NCBI GenBank assembly: GCA_963843575.1
Contig: CAWJKZ010000014.1
Location: 256,001-320,000 of the forward strand
Length of the DNA stretch: 64,000 bases
Reading direction: 5' to 3'
Origin: an uncultured Acidobacteriota bacterium
Lineage (GTDB): Bacteria; Acidobacteriota; UBA6911
Below, piece by piece: positions 9,617 through 19,856 of the stretch. Position 1 is the first letter of the stretch; the number at the start of each line of letters is the position of its first letter. The position numbers were made by a program, and so were the translations under genes. A model generated the notes under the pieces. The model was given only the letters and a program-made list of their open reading frames with translations, was not told the DNA's origin and did no database searches.

Positions 9617-11358
9617 TGTATGCCCTGCGCGCCTCGCGCCGGTGCCTCGGTGGAGGGGCGGTTTGAGACCAGCACCAGCTCCTGCTGAGCCCAGCTGTTT
9701 TGATCGAACAAGCCGCGTAATCGGGTCACCAGCCGCGCCCGCCGGTCGAGTATGTAGAGGATCTGATCCCTGGTGCCCGCCAGGTAGTTTTGATCCTGCT
9801 CCGTCATAATGCAGAACACCCGTTGCGGCGACTGCAACCTGCGCACCATGGCGTCTGCATCGAATTCCTCGAAGATCGGGCGGCGCAGGTAGTAGACCAT
9901 ACTGGGCACCGTGGCACGGAAATAACCGGCCTCGTCTCCAGGTTGCGCCTGGTCGCGGATCGCCTCGCACAGCTCCTTCACCGGGCGGAACTGCTCCAGG
10001 GCAGGCAGGTAGACCACCGGGGTGAGCGTAAACACCGTCCACAGGCCCGCTGCCATGACCACGATACTCGCTGCAATCCGGAACCTCGCAAGCTGCCACG
10101 CCATGGCCAGCGCCGAGGCCAGCAGCACCGCCGGCGCCGCATAGTGTAGCATGCCGGGCAGTTCCGGAATAACGGCGCGGGCCGCGAACGCCGCGACCAG
10201 AGAGATCGCCAGCATCACGAGCGCGGCCAGGGCTGCCGCCGAGCCCCATCCTGCGCAGAGCGCTGGATCGGGTGCGGTCCGCGGAGGCTGAGTCCCGGCA
10301 CCGCACGCTGGCCCGGCCGCGCGCAGCCGGTCAAGCATTCCACCGAGGAATACGGCAAGAAGAGGGTACGAAGCGGCGATGTAGTATTCCTGCTTGTTCT
10401 TCGACAGCGAGAACAGGACCAGGACGAGCGCGCCCCAGACCAGGGGGAACCCCGTCGCCGGGTCAGCGAAGGGCGCGTGCCGCTTCCTCCCCTGCCACAG
10501 GTGCGCGACGGCGGCCAGCGACAGCAGCGACCAGGGGAAGAAATCGGCCAGATAGATCGGCAGGTAGTAGAACGGGCCACGGGCCGGGCCGAAGGACTCG
10601 GACGCAAAGCGGCCCAGGTTGTCCCGCAAGAAGAAGGGCGTGATATACGTCCAGCCGTGAGTGACATAAATGGCGGAATACCAGGGAAGGATCACGGCCA
10701 GGAAGACCGCAGCGCCGGCGAGAGGTCTTGTTTGGCGCAGCACGGATCGACGCGACCAGAGCCCCCACAGGAGCAACGCCCCGGCCGGAATGACCACGGC
10801 GACCGGTCCCTTGGTCATGAACCCGAGCCCGGCACAGGCGTAGGCGGCCAGCCAGCTCCGCCGCGACCTCGCGGTAATTGCGCGGACAATGCAGAAGGCG
10901 GTCGCGGCCAGCCAGAACAGGAGCAACGCGTCGATCGGGAGCTTGCGGGTGACAACGAAAAACCGCGGTGTCGTCGAACAGATTGCCGCCGCAGCCAGGC
11001 CGGCGAACGGTGAGTACAGCATGCGGCCCATGCCGAAGACGAGTATCAGGGTCCCCACGGCGGCCAGGGCGCCCGGAAGGCGGACGCTGAACTCGCGCAC
11101 CCCGAAAATCTTGTACGATGCCAGCACTGCCCAGTACGTCAGGGGCGGCTTCTGCGGCCGTGCCTGGTAGTTGAAGGCGGGCGCCAGGTAATTACCGGAC
11201 TCGATCATCTCTCGTGGCGTTTCAGCGTAGAACGCCTCGTTGGCGTCCCACAGCGACGAGCTGCCGAGGTTCAGGCAGTAGGGCAGTGCGAGCAGGGCGA
11301 GTACCAGCGCGTGCGGCAGCGAGGTGGGGAAACGGGGTGTCGTGACGTGTGCCGGCAT
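9613..11358 (-). CDS. ArnT/PMT-like (GT83/GT39) membrane glycosyltransferase
   Basis: LWDANEAFYAETPREM, KPPLTYW, SVRLP and TKGPV motifs. Confidence 0.9.
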   Translation of the reverse strand: MPAHVTTPRFPTSLPHALVLALLALPYCLNLGSSSLWDANEAFYAETPREMIESGNYLAPAFNYQARPQKPPLTYWAVLASYKIFGVREFSVRLPGALAAVGTLILVFGMGRMLYSPFAGLAAAAICSTTPRFFVVTRKLPIDALLLFWLAATAFCIVRAITARSRRSWLAAYACAGLGFMTKGPVAVVIPAGALLLWGLWSRRSVLRQTRPLAGAAVFLAVILPWYSAIYVTHGWTYITPFFLRDNLGRFASESFGPARGPFYYLPIYLADFFPWSLLSLAAVAHLWQGRKRHAPFADPATGFPLVWGALVLVLFSLSKNKQEYYIAASYPLLAVFLGGMLDRLRAAGPACGAGTQPPRTAPDPALCAGWGSAAALAALVMLAISLVAAFAARAVIPELPGMLHYAAPAVLLASALAMAWQLARFRIAASIVVMAAGLWTVFTLTPVVYLPALEQFRPVKELCEAIRDQAQPGDEAGYFRATVPSMVYYLRRPIFEEFDADAMVRRLQSPQRVFCIMTEQDQNYLAGTRDQILYILDRRARLVTRLRGLFDQNSWAQQELVLVSNRPSTEAPARGAQGIQ

Positions 11359-11369
11359 GCCGGGCCCTT

Positions 11370-13880
11370 TTAGAACAGCGATTTCTGCATCTCTTCGATG
11401 ACCTCGTCCGTCGTGCGGCGGCGGGCGCGCCCCGCCAGGTCGATCTCCTTCTTCTCGAGCCGCTGCAGGATCTCGGCGGCCCGCGCGAGCACCTCGGGCG
11501 GCAGGCCGGCGAGCCGGGCCACCTCGATGCCGTAGCTCTTGTCGGCGGTGCCCGGGGTGACGCGTTTGAGGAAAACGATTTCGTTCCCCGCCTCCTGGAT
11601 CGCCATGCAGTAGTTCTTTACGCCGCCGTGCAGCCCCGCCATTTTTGTCAGCTCGTGGTAATGGGTGGCGAAGAGCGTCTTGGCGCGGTGCGCGGGATTC
11701 TGCACGAGGTACTCGGCCACCGCCCAGGCGATCGACAGACCGTCGAAGGTCGCGGTGCCGCGCCCGACCTCGTCCAGGAGGATCAGGCTGCGGTTGGTCG
11801 CTGTGTTGAGTATGTTCGCGGTCTCGATCATCTCCACCATGAAGGTCGATCGTCCACGCGCCAGGTTGTCGGAGGCGCCCACCCGCGTGTAGATGCGGTC
11901 CACGACGCCGATGCGTGCCTCGCGCGCAGGGACGAACGAACCCACCTGCGCCAGGATCACGATCAGCGCGGTCTGGCGCAGGTACGTCGACTTGCCACCC
12001 ATGTTGGGGCCTGTGAGGATGAGGAGCTGGTCGGTCGACGTGTTTATGAAAAGGTCGTTCGGGATAAACGGGCGACTCTGCAACTCCACCACGGGGTGTC
12101 GGCCCTGACGGATGTAGATTCCGTCGTCCTCCGTGAGCTGCGGGCGGACGTAGTCGTTGTGGACGGCCACCTCGGCCAGCGCCCCGTAGACGTCGAGTTC
12201 CGCGATCAGCCCGGCGGTCGCTTGTATCCGGACGGCCTCGGCGGCGACGACGGCGCGCACCTGGGCGAACAGCTCCTTCTCGAGCGCCGCGATGCGCTCC
12301 TCGGCTCCCAGTACCTTCTCCTCGTAGCTTTGCAGCTCCTCGGTGATGAACCGCTCGCAGTTGACCAGCGTCTGCTTCCTGATGTAGTCCCCCGGCACCT
12401 GCGGGAGGTTGGGCTTGGTGACCTCGATGAAATACCCGAAGACATGGTTGTATTTGACCTTCAGCGACGCGATGCCGGAGCGCTGACGCTCGCGCGCCTC
12501 CAGCGAGGCGATGTAGCCCTTTCCGCTGGAGCGCACCGCGCGCAATTCGTCGAGTTCCCGGGAATAGCCGTCCCGGATGACGCCGGGTTCGGAGGCCGAG
12601 CCGGGCGGATCGTCCGCGATGGCGGCCTCGATCAGACGGACCACGTCGGGAAGGTCATCCATCCCCGTTCGCACCGCCGCAAGGCGCGCCGACGGGAGGT
12701 TCTGCAGCAGCGCCCGCAGGAGCGGCACCCGTAGCAGAGAATCGTGTAGCGACAGCATCTCACGAGGATTGGCCACCCCGACCAGGAGGCGGCTGACCAG
12801 CCGTTCCAGATCGTGAATCTCGGCGAGCTTGCCCTTGAGGCGCTCGTGCGCCTGCACGTTGCCTGCGAGCGCCTCGACGGCGTCCAGTCGGAGCGCCAGG
12901 GCCGAAACATCCAGGAGCGGAGCCGTGAGCCAGGATTTCAGAAGCCGCCCACCCATCCCGGTTCGAGTGTGGTCCAGGAAGGCGAGCAGCGACCCCTTGC
13001 GGTTCCCATCGAGGGTCTGCACGAGTTCGAGGTTGGCCGACGTCGAGCTGTCCAGTTTCAGAAAATGGGCCGGTTCGAAGAAACGCAGGGTCGCGACCTT
13101 GCCGAGGTGCCCCAGCTGGGTGTCGCGCAGATAGTGGATCAGGGCTCCGGCGGCGCAGAGCGAGAGGTCTTGCCCCTCGGCGCCGAGCCCGTCGAGGGTG
13201 GCAAGTCCGAAGTGCTCGAGCAGCAGGCGCTGCGCATAGTCGAGGTTGAACACCCAGCCGTCCAGCGGGCTGGCCACCCAGTCGCCCGACCACTCCGACG
13301 ACAGCCTCGCCTTCAGTTCCGGGGCGGATTGTGCTGGCAGGACCAGCTCGCGCGGCCGGAAAATGTCGAGTTCGTCGATTGCCTTCTGCCACGCCCCATC
13401 ACCGGCGAACTGGGTTGCGACGAAGTCGGCCGTGGACAGGTCCATGAACGCCAGGCCTGTCCCGGAGTCGCTGGTGACGAGGCTGCCGAGGTAGTTGTGA
13501 TCCTTGGCCTCGAGCAACATCTCCTCGACGACTGTCCCGGGCGTCAGGATTCTGGTAACCTCCCGGTGCACGAGCTTTTTGGCCGTGCGCGGGTCTTCGA
13601 CCTGCTCGCATATGGCGATCTTGTGCCCCTTCTTGAGGAGCCGGGCGATGTAGCCGTCCACGGAGTGGTAGGGGACGCCGCACATCGGTATCGGGGCTCC
13701 AGACTTGTCTTTGTTGCGCGCCGTGAGGGTGATCTCTAGTTCGCGAGACGCGATCACGGCATCTTCGTAGAACATTTCGTAGAAGTCGCCGAGCCGGAAG
13801 AACACGAGCTTGCCGGGAAATCGGCGTTTGGCCTCGTGGTACTGTTTCATCATGGGCGTGAGGTCTTCCAAGGTCGGCAT
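11370..13880 (-). CDS. mutS: DNA mismatch repair protein MutS
   Basis: TPMMKQY, GDFYEMF, TGPNMGGKST and DEVGRGT motifs. Confidence 0.98.
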   Translation of the reverse strand: MPTLEDLTPMMKQYHEAKRRFPGKLVFFRLGDFYEMFYEDAVIASRELEITLTARNKDKSGAPIPMCGVPYHSVDGYIARLLKKGHKIAICEQVEDPRTAKKLVHREVTRILTPGTVVEEMLLEAKDHNYLGSLVTSDSGTGLAFMDLSTADFVATQFAGDGAWQKAIDELDIFRPRELVLPAQSAPELKARLSSEWSGDWVASPLDGWVFNLDYAQRLLLEHFGLATLDGLGAEGQDLSLCAAGALIHYLRDTQLGHLGKVATLRFFEPAHFLKLDSSTSANLELVQTLDGNRKGSLLAFLDHTRTGMGGRLLKSWLTAPLLDVSALALRLDAVEALAGNVQAHERLKGKLAEIHDLERLVSRLLVGVANPREMLSLHDSLLRVPLLRALLQNLPSARLAAVRTGMDDLPDVVRLIEAAIADDPPGSASEPGVIRDGYSRELDELRAVRSSGKGYIASLEARERQRSGIASLKVKYNHVFGYFIEVTKPNLPQVPGDYIRKQTLVNCERFITEELQSYEEKVLGAEERIAALEKELFAQVRAVVAAEAVRIQATAGLIAELDVYGALAEVAVHNDYVRPQLTEDDGIYIRQGRHPVVELQSRPFIPNDLFINTSTDQLLILTGPNMGGKSTYLRQTALIVILAQVGSFVPAREARIGVVDRIYTRVGASDNLARGRSTFMVEMIETANILNTATNRSLILLDEVGRGTATFDGLSIAWAVAEYLVQNPAHRAKTLFATHYHELTKMAGLHGGVKNYCMAIQEAGNEIVFLKRVTPGTADKSYGIEVARLAGLPPEVLARAAEILQRLEKKEIDLAGRARRRTTDEVIEEMQKSLF

Positions 13881-13994
13881 TCCCTTGCATGCTGCCGCGA
13901 GGCCGCGCCGGTGCAGTCGGCCCGGGAGCGCGTGTCCGGCTTCGGGGGTGAGCTTGACGCGGGGCGTCTAGACGACTGGAAATATAGACAATTC

Positions 13995-14042
13995 TTGTAC
14001 TTAAAGAAGGCGAAGTATATAATTTTGCCTCCGTATTGTCAA
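13995..14042. promoter_or_regulatory. Overlapping divergent sigma70 promoters for tsaB (+) and mutS (-)
   Basis: Plus strand: TTGTAC(13995)-17-TATAAT(14018). Minus strand: TTGACA(14042)-17-TATACT(14019). Confidence 0.75.
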
Positions 14043-14047
14043 TCATC

Positions 14048-14746
14048 ATGGCGAATTCTCCGACCCTGAAGGTGCTGTCGATCGACACCGCAACCCGACG
14101 CGGCAGTGTGGCGCTCCACGCCGGTGCGGACCTCGCGGCCGAACTCCGGCTCTCCTCGTTCGAGACGCACTCCGCCCGACTGCTCAGGAGCGTCGAGTAT
14201 CTACTGGACGTCGCCGGGTGGACAGCGCACGATCTCGGGCTGGTCGCGGCCGGCATCGGGCCCGGATCCTTTACCGGCATACGCATCGGCGTCTCGACCG
14301 CCCTGGGCTTGGCGCAGAGTCTGCGGGATACCGTTTGCCGGAATCTCGGGGTTCGATAGCCTGGCCGCCCGTTTCGCCTTCCTCGACCAACCGCTCGGCG
14401 TCGTGCTCGACGCGCAGCGCGCGTCAAGTCTATTTTGCGGAGTACGCGAACGCCGGCCGGGGGCCGAAGTGCGTGGTGCAGGCGTCGTTGTGGAATCCCG
14501 AGAAGCTCGCGCTTCGCCTGCGTCGGAGGCGTGTCTACCTCGTCGGGGACGGGATCGAACAGTCTGGGGCTTCCCGTGCGCGGCCGGGCGTGGCCACGCA
14601 TAGTCGAGGCCGAGCTGTTCCTGGCGCGGGACATCGGACGGCTCGCGTCGAGCCGCAGGAGGAGCTGGCGCCGCGGGGACTTCCTCGCCGCCGAACCACT
14701 GTACATCAGACCCCCCGACGCGCTCAGGTCCAAACCGAGAGTCTGA
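14048..14746 (+). CDS. tsaB: tRNA threonylcarbamoyladenosine biosynthesis protein TsaB; about 3 frameshifts
   Basis: LSIDTAT, GPGSFTGIRIG, LDAQR-QVY and C-terminal EPLYIRPPDA are spread over different frames. Confidence 0.88.
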
Positions 14747-14747
14747 C

Positions 14748-15212
14748 ATGCAGGCTGCCACCTACTTGACCAGGCTGACGACCGACGATATTCCGGTGCT
14801 CGAGGTGCTCGAGACCGAGACACGCCTGTCCTTCTGGGGCACCGAGAACTACCGCCGTTTCCTCGAGGAGTTCCCCGAGTACTTCGGGTGCAAGGTCATG
14901 GTGCAGGGCGAACGCGGGCGTGGCCAACTGGGCGGGTTCGTCCTGGCGAGATCGCTCTTCGAGAACCTGGAGATCCTCAAGCTCGGGGTTTTCCCCGAGT
15001 ACCAGCGCTGCGGCATGGGCACGTCGCTGATGGAGGCGGCTTACGCCGAGGGCTTGCGCCGGGGGTGCACCCGCTGCTTTCTCGAGGTGCGCAAGTCCAA
15101 CCAGAACGCGATCCAGTTTTATCTCGGGCACAAATTCCGGATCGCCGGGACCCGTCTAAACTACTACGCGGATCCCGTGGAGGACGCCTGGATCATGGAG
15201 CGGTCGCTCTGA
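14748..15212 (+). CDS. rimI: Ribosomal-protein-alanine N-acetyltransferase
   Basis: GNAT motifs LEVRKSNQNAIQFY and NYYADPVEDAWIM; adjacent to tsaB. Confidence 0.9.
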   Translation: MQAATYLTRLTTDDIPVLEVLETETRLSFWGTENYRRFLEEFPEYFGCKVMVQGERGRGQLGGFVLARSLFENLEILKLGVFPEYQRCGMGTSLMEAAYAEGLRRGCTRCFLEVRKSNQNAIQFYLGHKFRIAGTRLNYYADPVEDAWIMERSL

Positions 15213-15264
15213 CGTCGCCCGGTGCGGACGAGGGCGGCGGCGGGGGATCCTGATCAATGCGTCC

Positions 15265-15613
15265 TCACGCCGGAAGTAGTCGTCCGTGCCGTCCAGCCAG
15301 TCCTGGCGGATCGGGCTGAACACGTCCACGGCGAGGGTGTCCTCGAGCGCCAGCACCCGGTGCGGGACGTTGGGCGGAGTCACCAGCACCTCGCCGGCGC
15401 GAGCCACCACACTCCTCGCCCTCGACCTGGAACCGCAGGGCACCCCGCAGCACCAGGGTGACCTGTTCGCTGACGTGCGCGTGTTCGGGCACCACGGCTC
15501 CCTGTTTCAGGTCGATCTGAGCGACCATGACGTTCTACACCCGATATCACCTTGCGAGAAATGCCCTGCGTGACCGGTTCCCAGGTCATCCGTTCCCACG
15601 AGTGGAATTGCAT
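15265..15613 (-). CDS. Cupin-domain protein; frameshifted, 3' end uncertain
   Basis: VPEHAHVSEQ...G.L.F, then PPNVPH.V.ALEDT..VDVFSPIRQDWL in another frame. Confidence 0.8.
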
Positions 15614-15677
15614 CGTCCCCTCCTGATGCGCGCCGATGCTGCAATTCAGGGTCGCAGGATAGCAGAGGTCCGGGTCC

Positions 15678-15706
15678 TTGAGTCACATTTTTAATAGTGG
15701 TAGTAT
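15678..15706 (+). promoter_or_regulatory. Putative sigma70 promoter of the CMD gene
   Basis: TTGAGT-17nt-TAGTAT with a TG extension. Confidence 0.45.
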
Positions 15707-15756
15707 CGCGGCGTCAATCGGCCTAAACCGCACCAGACCTGAAGCACGCAACGGGG

Positions 15757-15790
15757 AAGGAGCAGCACCCGACAAGGAGCAGCACCCGAC
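15757..15790 (+). repeat. Perfect 17-bp tandem duplication covering the RBS
   Basis: AAGGAGCAGCACCCGAC occurs twice immediately before the ATG at 15792. Confidence 0.9.
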
Positions 15791-15791
15791 A

Positions 15792-16151
15792 ATGAAGACC
15801 TCGAATGACGGCCCGAACGCGTCGGCCACAACGCCCGAACCGCAGGCCGGCTGGCCCTCCTACACGATGGTCGAAGATCGGATGAAGAAGATCTACTTCG
15901 ACTTCTACCAGGAGACGTACAAGAAAACCAACATCGACCGCAAGACCAAGGAGTTGATCGCCATCGCGGCGTCTCTCGGTTTCAAGTGCCAGGGTTGTCT
16001 CAACGGGCACATCAAGAAGGCCAAGAAATTCGGGGCGACACCCGAGGAGATCAGCGAGGCCATCGCCATCGCGATGGGCGTCGCCGCTGCGTCGGTGGTC
16101 GATCTCACCGACATCGCGGCCGAGCACCTGCGCATCAAGCACTTCGAATAG
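15792..16151 (+). CDS. Carboxymuconolactone decarboxylase/AhpD-family protein
   Basis: DRKTKELIAIAAS...CQGC..H...A.K.GAT.EEI.EA pattern with CxxC. Confidence 0.88.
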   Translation: MKTSNDGPNASATTPEPQAGWPSYTMVEDRMKKIYFDFYQETYKKTNIDRKTKELIAIAASLGFKCQGCLNGHIKKAKKFGATPEEISEAIAIAMGVAAASVVDLTDIAAEHLRIKHFE

Positions 16152-16157
16152 GATCCG

Positions 16158-17348
16158 ATGACTGCCGCCAACAGGGAAGGGACCAGGGTCATTCTCGCTC
16201 TGTTCCTGGTCCTGTTCCTCGGGGTCGCGGACAACCAGGTGCTCAGCCCGCTCCTCCCCGCGATACGCGCGCAATTCGGCAAGTCGGCTCAGCAGGCCGG
16301 TTGGCTTTATACCGGCTACTCGGTCACTGCCGGCGTTTCGGTGCTGCTGTGGGGACCGCTGTCGGGCCGGATTGGCTCGAAACGGGGATTGCTGGCGGGA
16401 CTGCTGCTGTTTGCGGGCGGTTCGTGCGTTTCGTTCAGCGCCGGGGCCTTTTCGACGCTCATGGCGGGACGCGTAGTTACCGGCATGGGGGCAAGCATGC
16501 TGAGCCTGAACACGCTCTTCTATGCCGCGGAGTACTTCCCCTACGCGAGCCGCGGCTGGGCGATGGGTTCGATCGTCTCCTCCTATTTCGCCGCCCTGAT
16601 CCTGGGGGTCCCGCTCGGGTCATTCCTCGGCGCAGCGGCAGGGTGGAATGCGGTATTCGGCGCCGGTTGCCTCTGCGCGCTCCTGCTCACCGCGGGGCTC
16701 GTGCCGCTGCTGCCTAACCCGGACAACGCAGCCGAGCGCGGCGCCGCGCATTTTGCCCTGGCGCAGCACGTGCGCACATACGCCGGTTTCCTGCAGTCGC
16801 CCAGGACGGCCGGGGCTCTGGTCAGTTCGCTTTTCGCATCGGCTGGGACTATGGGTTTCCTGGCCTTCGTCGGGATATGGCTGCACGATAGCTTTGGCAC
16901 ATCGAGCCGGCAGACGGGCTTGGTCTTTATCGCCTCCGGGGCCGCCGCCCTTCTGGCCTCGCCGCTTGCGGGTGCGCTGTCGGACAGGATCGGCAAGCGG
17001 GTGCAGTTCGTCCTGAGCAACGTGCTCATGGCGCTGCTGCTGTTCATCCTGCCCGGCATGCGGTGGGGCGTGCTCCTCTTTTTCGTTTTCGGGGGCATCA
17101 GCCTGGCGGCCGCGTTTCGCCAGGGGCCGATGGAGGCGCTGCTGTCCGAGGTGATCTCGGGGCGCTCCCGCGCCTCATTTATCGCATTGAAGAACTCCTT
17201 CTCCCAGCTCGGCATCGGGCTAGCCGCGCTTGCGTGCGGCGCGCTGTTCGAGTCGGCGGGCTATTGGGGAGTCTGCCTGTTTTGCGCGGGCGCCAATCTG
17301 CTCGCGGCCGGCGGCGTCATTTTCCTGCTGCGCGGGCCAGCGTTGTGA
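16158..17348 (+). CDS. MFS transporter
   Basis: About 12 TM helices; motif A (G.LSDRIGKR). Confidence 0.92.
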   Translation: MTAANREGTRVILALFLVLFLGVADNQVLSPLLPAIRAQFGKSAQQAGWLYTGYSVTAGVSVLLWGPLSGRIGSKRGLLAGLLLFAGGSCVSFSAGAFSTLMAGRVVTGMGASMLSLNTLFYAAEYFPYASRGWAMGSIVSSYFAALILGVPLGSFLGAAAGWNAVFGAGCLCALLLTAGLVPLLPNPDNAAERGAAHFALAQHVRTYAGFLQSPRTAGALVSSLFASAGTMGFLAFVGIWLHDSFGTSSRQTGLVFIASGAAALLASPLAGALSDRIGKRVQFVLSNVLMALLLFILPGMRWGVLLFFVFGGISLAAAFRQGPMEALLSEVISGRSRASFIALKNSFSQLGIGLAALACGALFESAGYWGVCLFCAGANLLAAGGVIFLLRGPAL

Positions 17349-17451
17349 GCCGTATTGGGAAAAAGCTTTCGATGAAGTCCCGATTTGGCTAGAATACGCA
17401 AACATCATAAGGTAATTGTAACTTCGGCTCCTCTTTCCAAGGAGGTTCCTT

Positions 17452-18577
17452 TTGCGGACTGCAAAGTACATCCTGCTGGCAGCGGCCCTGGGGCTCGGAT
17501 TGATCGGGTGCGGTGGCGGCAAAGAAGGCCCGAACGCCCAAGCCTCGATGAAAAAGAACAAGATGGTGCGCATCGCGACCGATGCCGTAAACCTGCCGTT
17601 TGAATTCGGAGCCGGCACCGGAGTTCAGGGCTTCGACGTGGATATCGGCACCGAGATCGGCAAAGATCTGGGTTACGAGGTGAGGTGGGTCAAGGTGCCC
17701 TTTGAACGCATTTTCGACATTCTGAAAAACGGGGAGGCGGAGTTGGTAATATCGGCCATCTCGATCACCCCGGAGCGGAAGAAGGATTTCGCGTTTTCGG
17801 AGCCCTACTTTGACAGCGGCAACACCATCGCCCGCCGACGCGACAAGCCGGCGATCAAGGACCTCGCCAGCCTGTCGGGCAAGAAGGTGGGAATCCAGAA
17901 CCTCACCACTGGCAACAAGTTCATGGAGACTCAGAAGACAGCCCCCAATGTGACCATCGTGAAGTTTCAGACACTCGACGACGCGCTCGGTGCGCTCAAC
18001 CGCACGGAAATCGAAGCGGTCATCGGCGACGAACCGATCCTGACCTACAGCATCTACAAGAGCTTTCCGAACCTCGTCCCCATCGGCGTGCGGCTCGACC
18101 AGGAGCAATACGGCGTGGTGGTGCGCAAGGACGAGAAGGAGCTCCTGGCCAAGGTCAACGAGACCATCGCCCGCCTGAAGAAATCGGGGGAACTGGAAGC
18201 GCTGCGCAGCAAGTGGTTCCAGAACGTCATGGAGGAGGTCGGCAAACAGCGCGACGAGATGGCGAGGCAGGAAGCTATGAAGGAAGCGCCCAAGGATGTC
18301 ACCTTCAACTTCATCAAGACGGGCGGCAGCCTGGAACATGGAGCGGCTCGACGGTTACCAGGTGGTGCTGGCAGGAGCGCAGTCGTATCAGTCGACGCCG
18401 ATCTTGACCAGCGGCCCTCGCGGCAGCTGCAGGATCTCCGGCGTCGCGCCGGGCGACTACCGCCTGAACATCAGCATTTTCAGGCTGAGCACGGACGTTA
18501 AGATCCCCAAGATCCCCGCTCGCGCGATCACGTTCGACGTGAGCATCAGCAATACGATCGCCATTACCCAGAAATAG
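17452..18577 (+). CDS. Family-3 (polar amino acid) solute-binding lipoprotein with C-terminal extension; frameshift near 18330
   Basis: Lipobox LIGC; PFEF, GFDVDI and ISITPERKK.FAFSEPYF motifs; the tail continues in the frame ending at 18577. Confidence 0.85.
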
Positions 18578-18637
18578 CCGGGAGGGGCCGGGGCGCCTGC
18601 AGCGGCCCGGCCCCTCTGACCCGATCACCGTTCCGAC

Positions 18638-19818
18638 ATGACTTCTCGCCCGCTGCAAGCTGTTCTGATCACCGCGCTGCTGTCGAGCGCCGCGACGATC
18701 GTGCTGCTGCGCTGGCACGTGCTCCCGTCGGGGCACCCGGCCCTGGCACGCCGGCGCCTGCCGCGGTCGCTGCCGCACCCTCCGGACAACCGCCGCTCAG
18801 CGCGGACGAACAGGTCAACACCCAGGTCTACGACAGGATCAGCCCCGGCGTCGTCAACATCACCTCGACCGTCGTCGAGTACGATTTCTTTTTCTCGCCC
18901 GTCGCCCGTGAAGGGGCGACCGGCAGCGGCTGCGTCCTGGACCAGGACGGCCATGTGCTCACCAACTTCCACGTCATCGAGTCGGCGCAGAGCCTCGAAG
19001 TCGCGTTGCCCGATCACAGCAAGTACCGGGCGTCGGTCGTGGGCACCGACAAGCAGAACGATATCGCGGTGCTCCAGCTGAAAAATGCCCCGCCGGAACG
19101 CCTTCACCCGTTGCCGCTCGGAGACTCGGCGAGCCTGAAGGTTGGTCAGAAAGTGCTCGCCCTCGGCAACCCGTTCAGGCTGCAGAACACGCTGACGGTC
19201 GGCATCATCAGCTCGCTCGGCCGCCGGATTCGCACCGAGGGCGGGCGACCTGGTGGAGAACGTCATCCAGACCGATGCCGCTATCAATCCCGGCAATTCC
19301 GGCGGACCCCTTGCTGAATACGGCCGGCGAGATGATCGGCATCAACACCTCTATTTTCACGACGAGCGGCGGCAACATCGGGATCGGTTTCGCCGTGCCC
19401 GTCAACACCGTCCGGCGGGTCGTGAACGACCTTCTTCAGGAGGGGCGCGTCGTTCGGCCCTGGATGGGAGTCGAAGGATTACGAGGTCACGGAGGACCTC
19501 TCGTCGGCGCTCGACCTGCCCGGTCACCACCGGCATCCTCGTCGCCAAGGTCTACCGGGGCAGTTCGGCCGACAGCGCCGGGATACGGGGTGCCACCGAC
19601 ATCGCGATCCTCTACAACGAGCGGATCCTGATCGGCGGAGACATCATCACCCGTCTCGAAGGAAAGCCCATCGCTTCGATGGACGATTTGCGCCTCGCCC
19701 TGGAAGGACAGAAAACCGGGTGAGACGGTCCGGCTTACGGTCTACAGGAGCCAAACGCCAGATCGAAATCCCTGTGCCGCTGGTGGAAGCTCCGCGACAG
19801 CGCGGGCTTCGGTTCTGA
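18638..19818 (+). CDS. HtrA/DegP-like trypsin serine protease with PDZ domain; several frameshifts
   Basis: [30 protein letters not shown] and PDZ GGDIIT motifs spread across frames. Confidence 0.9.
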
Positions 19819-19856
19819 GCCCGGACCTCTCCTCCATTTCCGACCGAGATTTCACA

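Noticed and set aside
15792-16151. Selenoprotein CMD (given the nearby yqeC)
   Set aside because: The redox motif is plain CQGC with no in-frame TGA.
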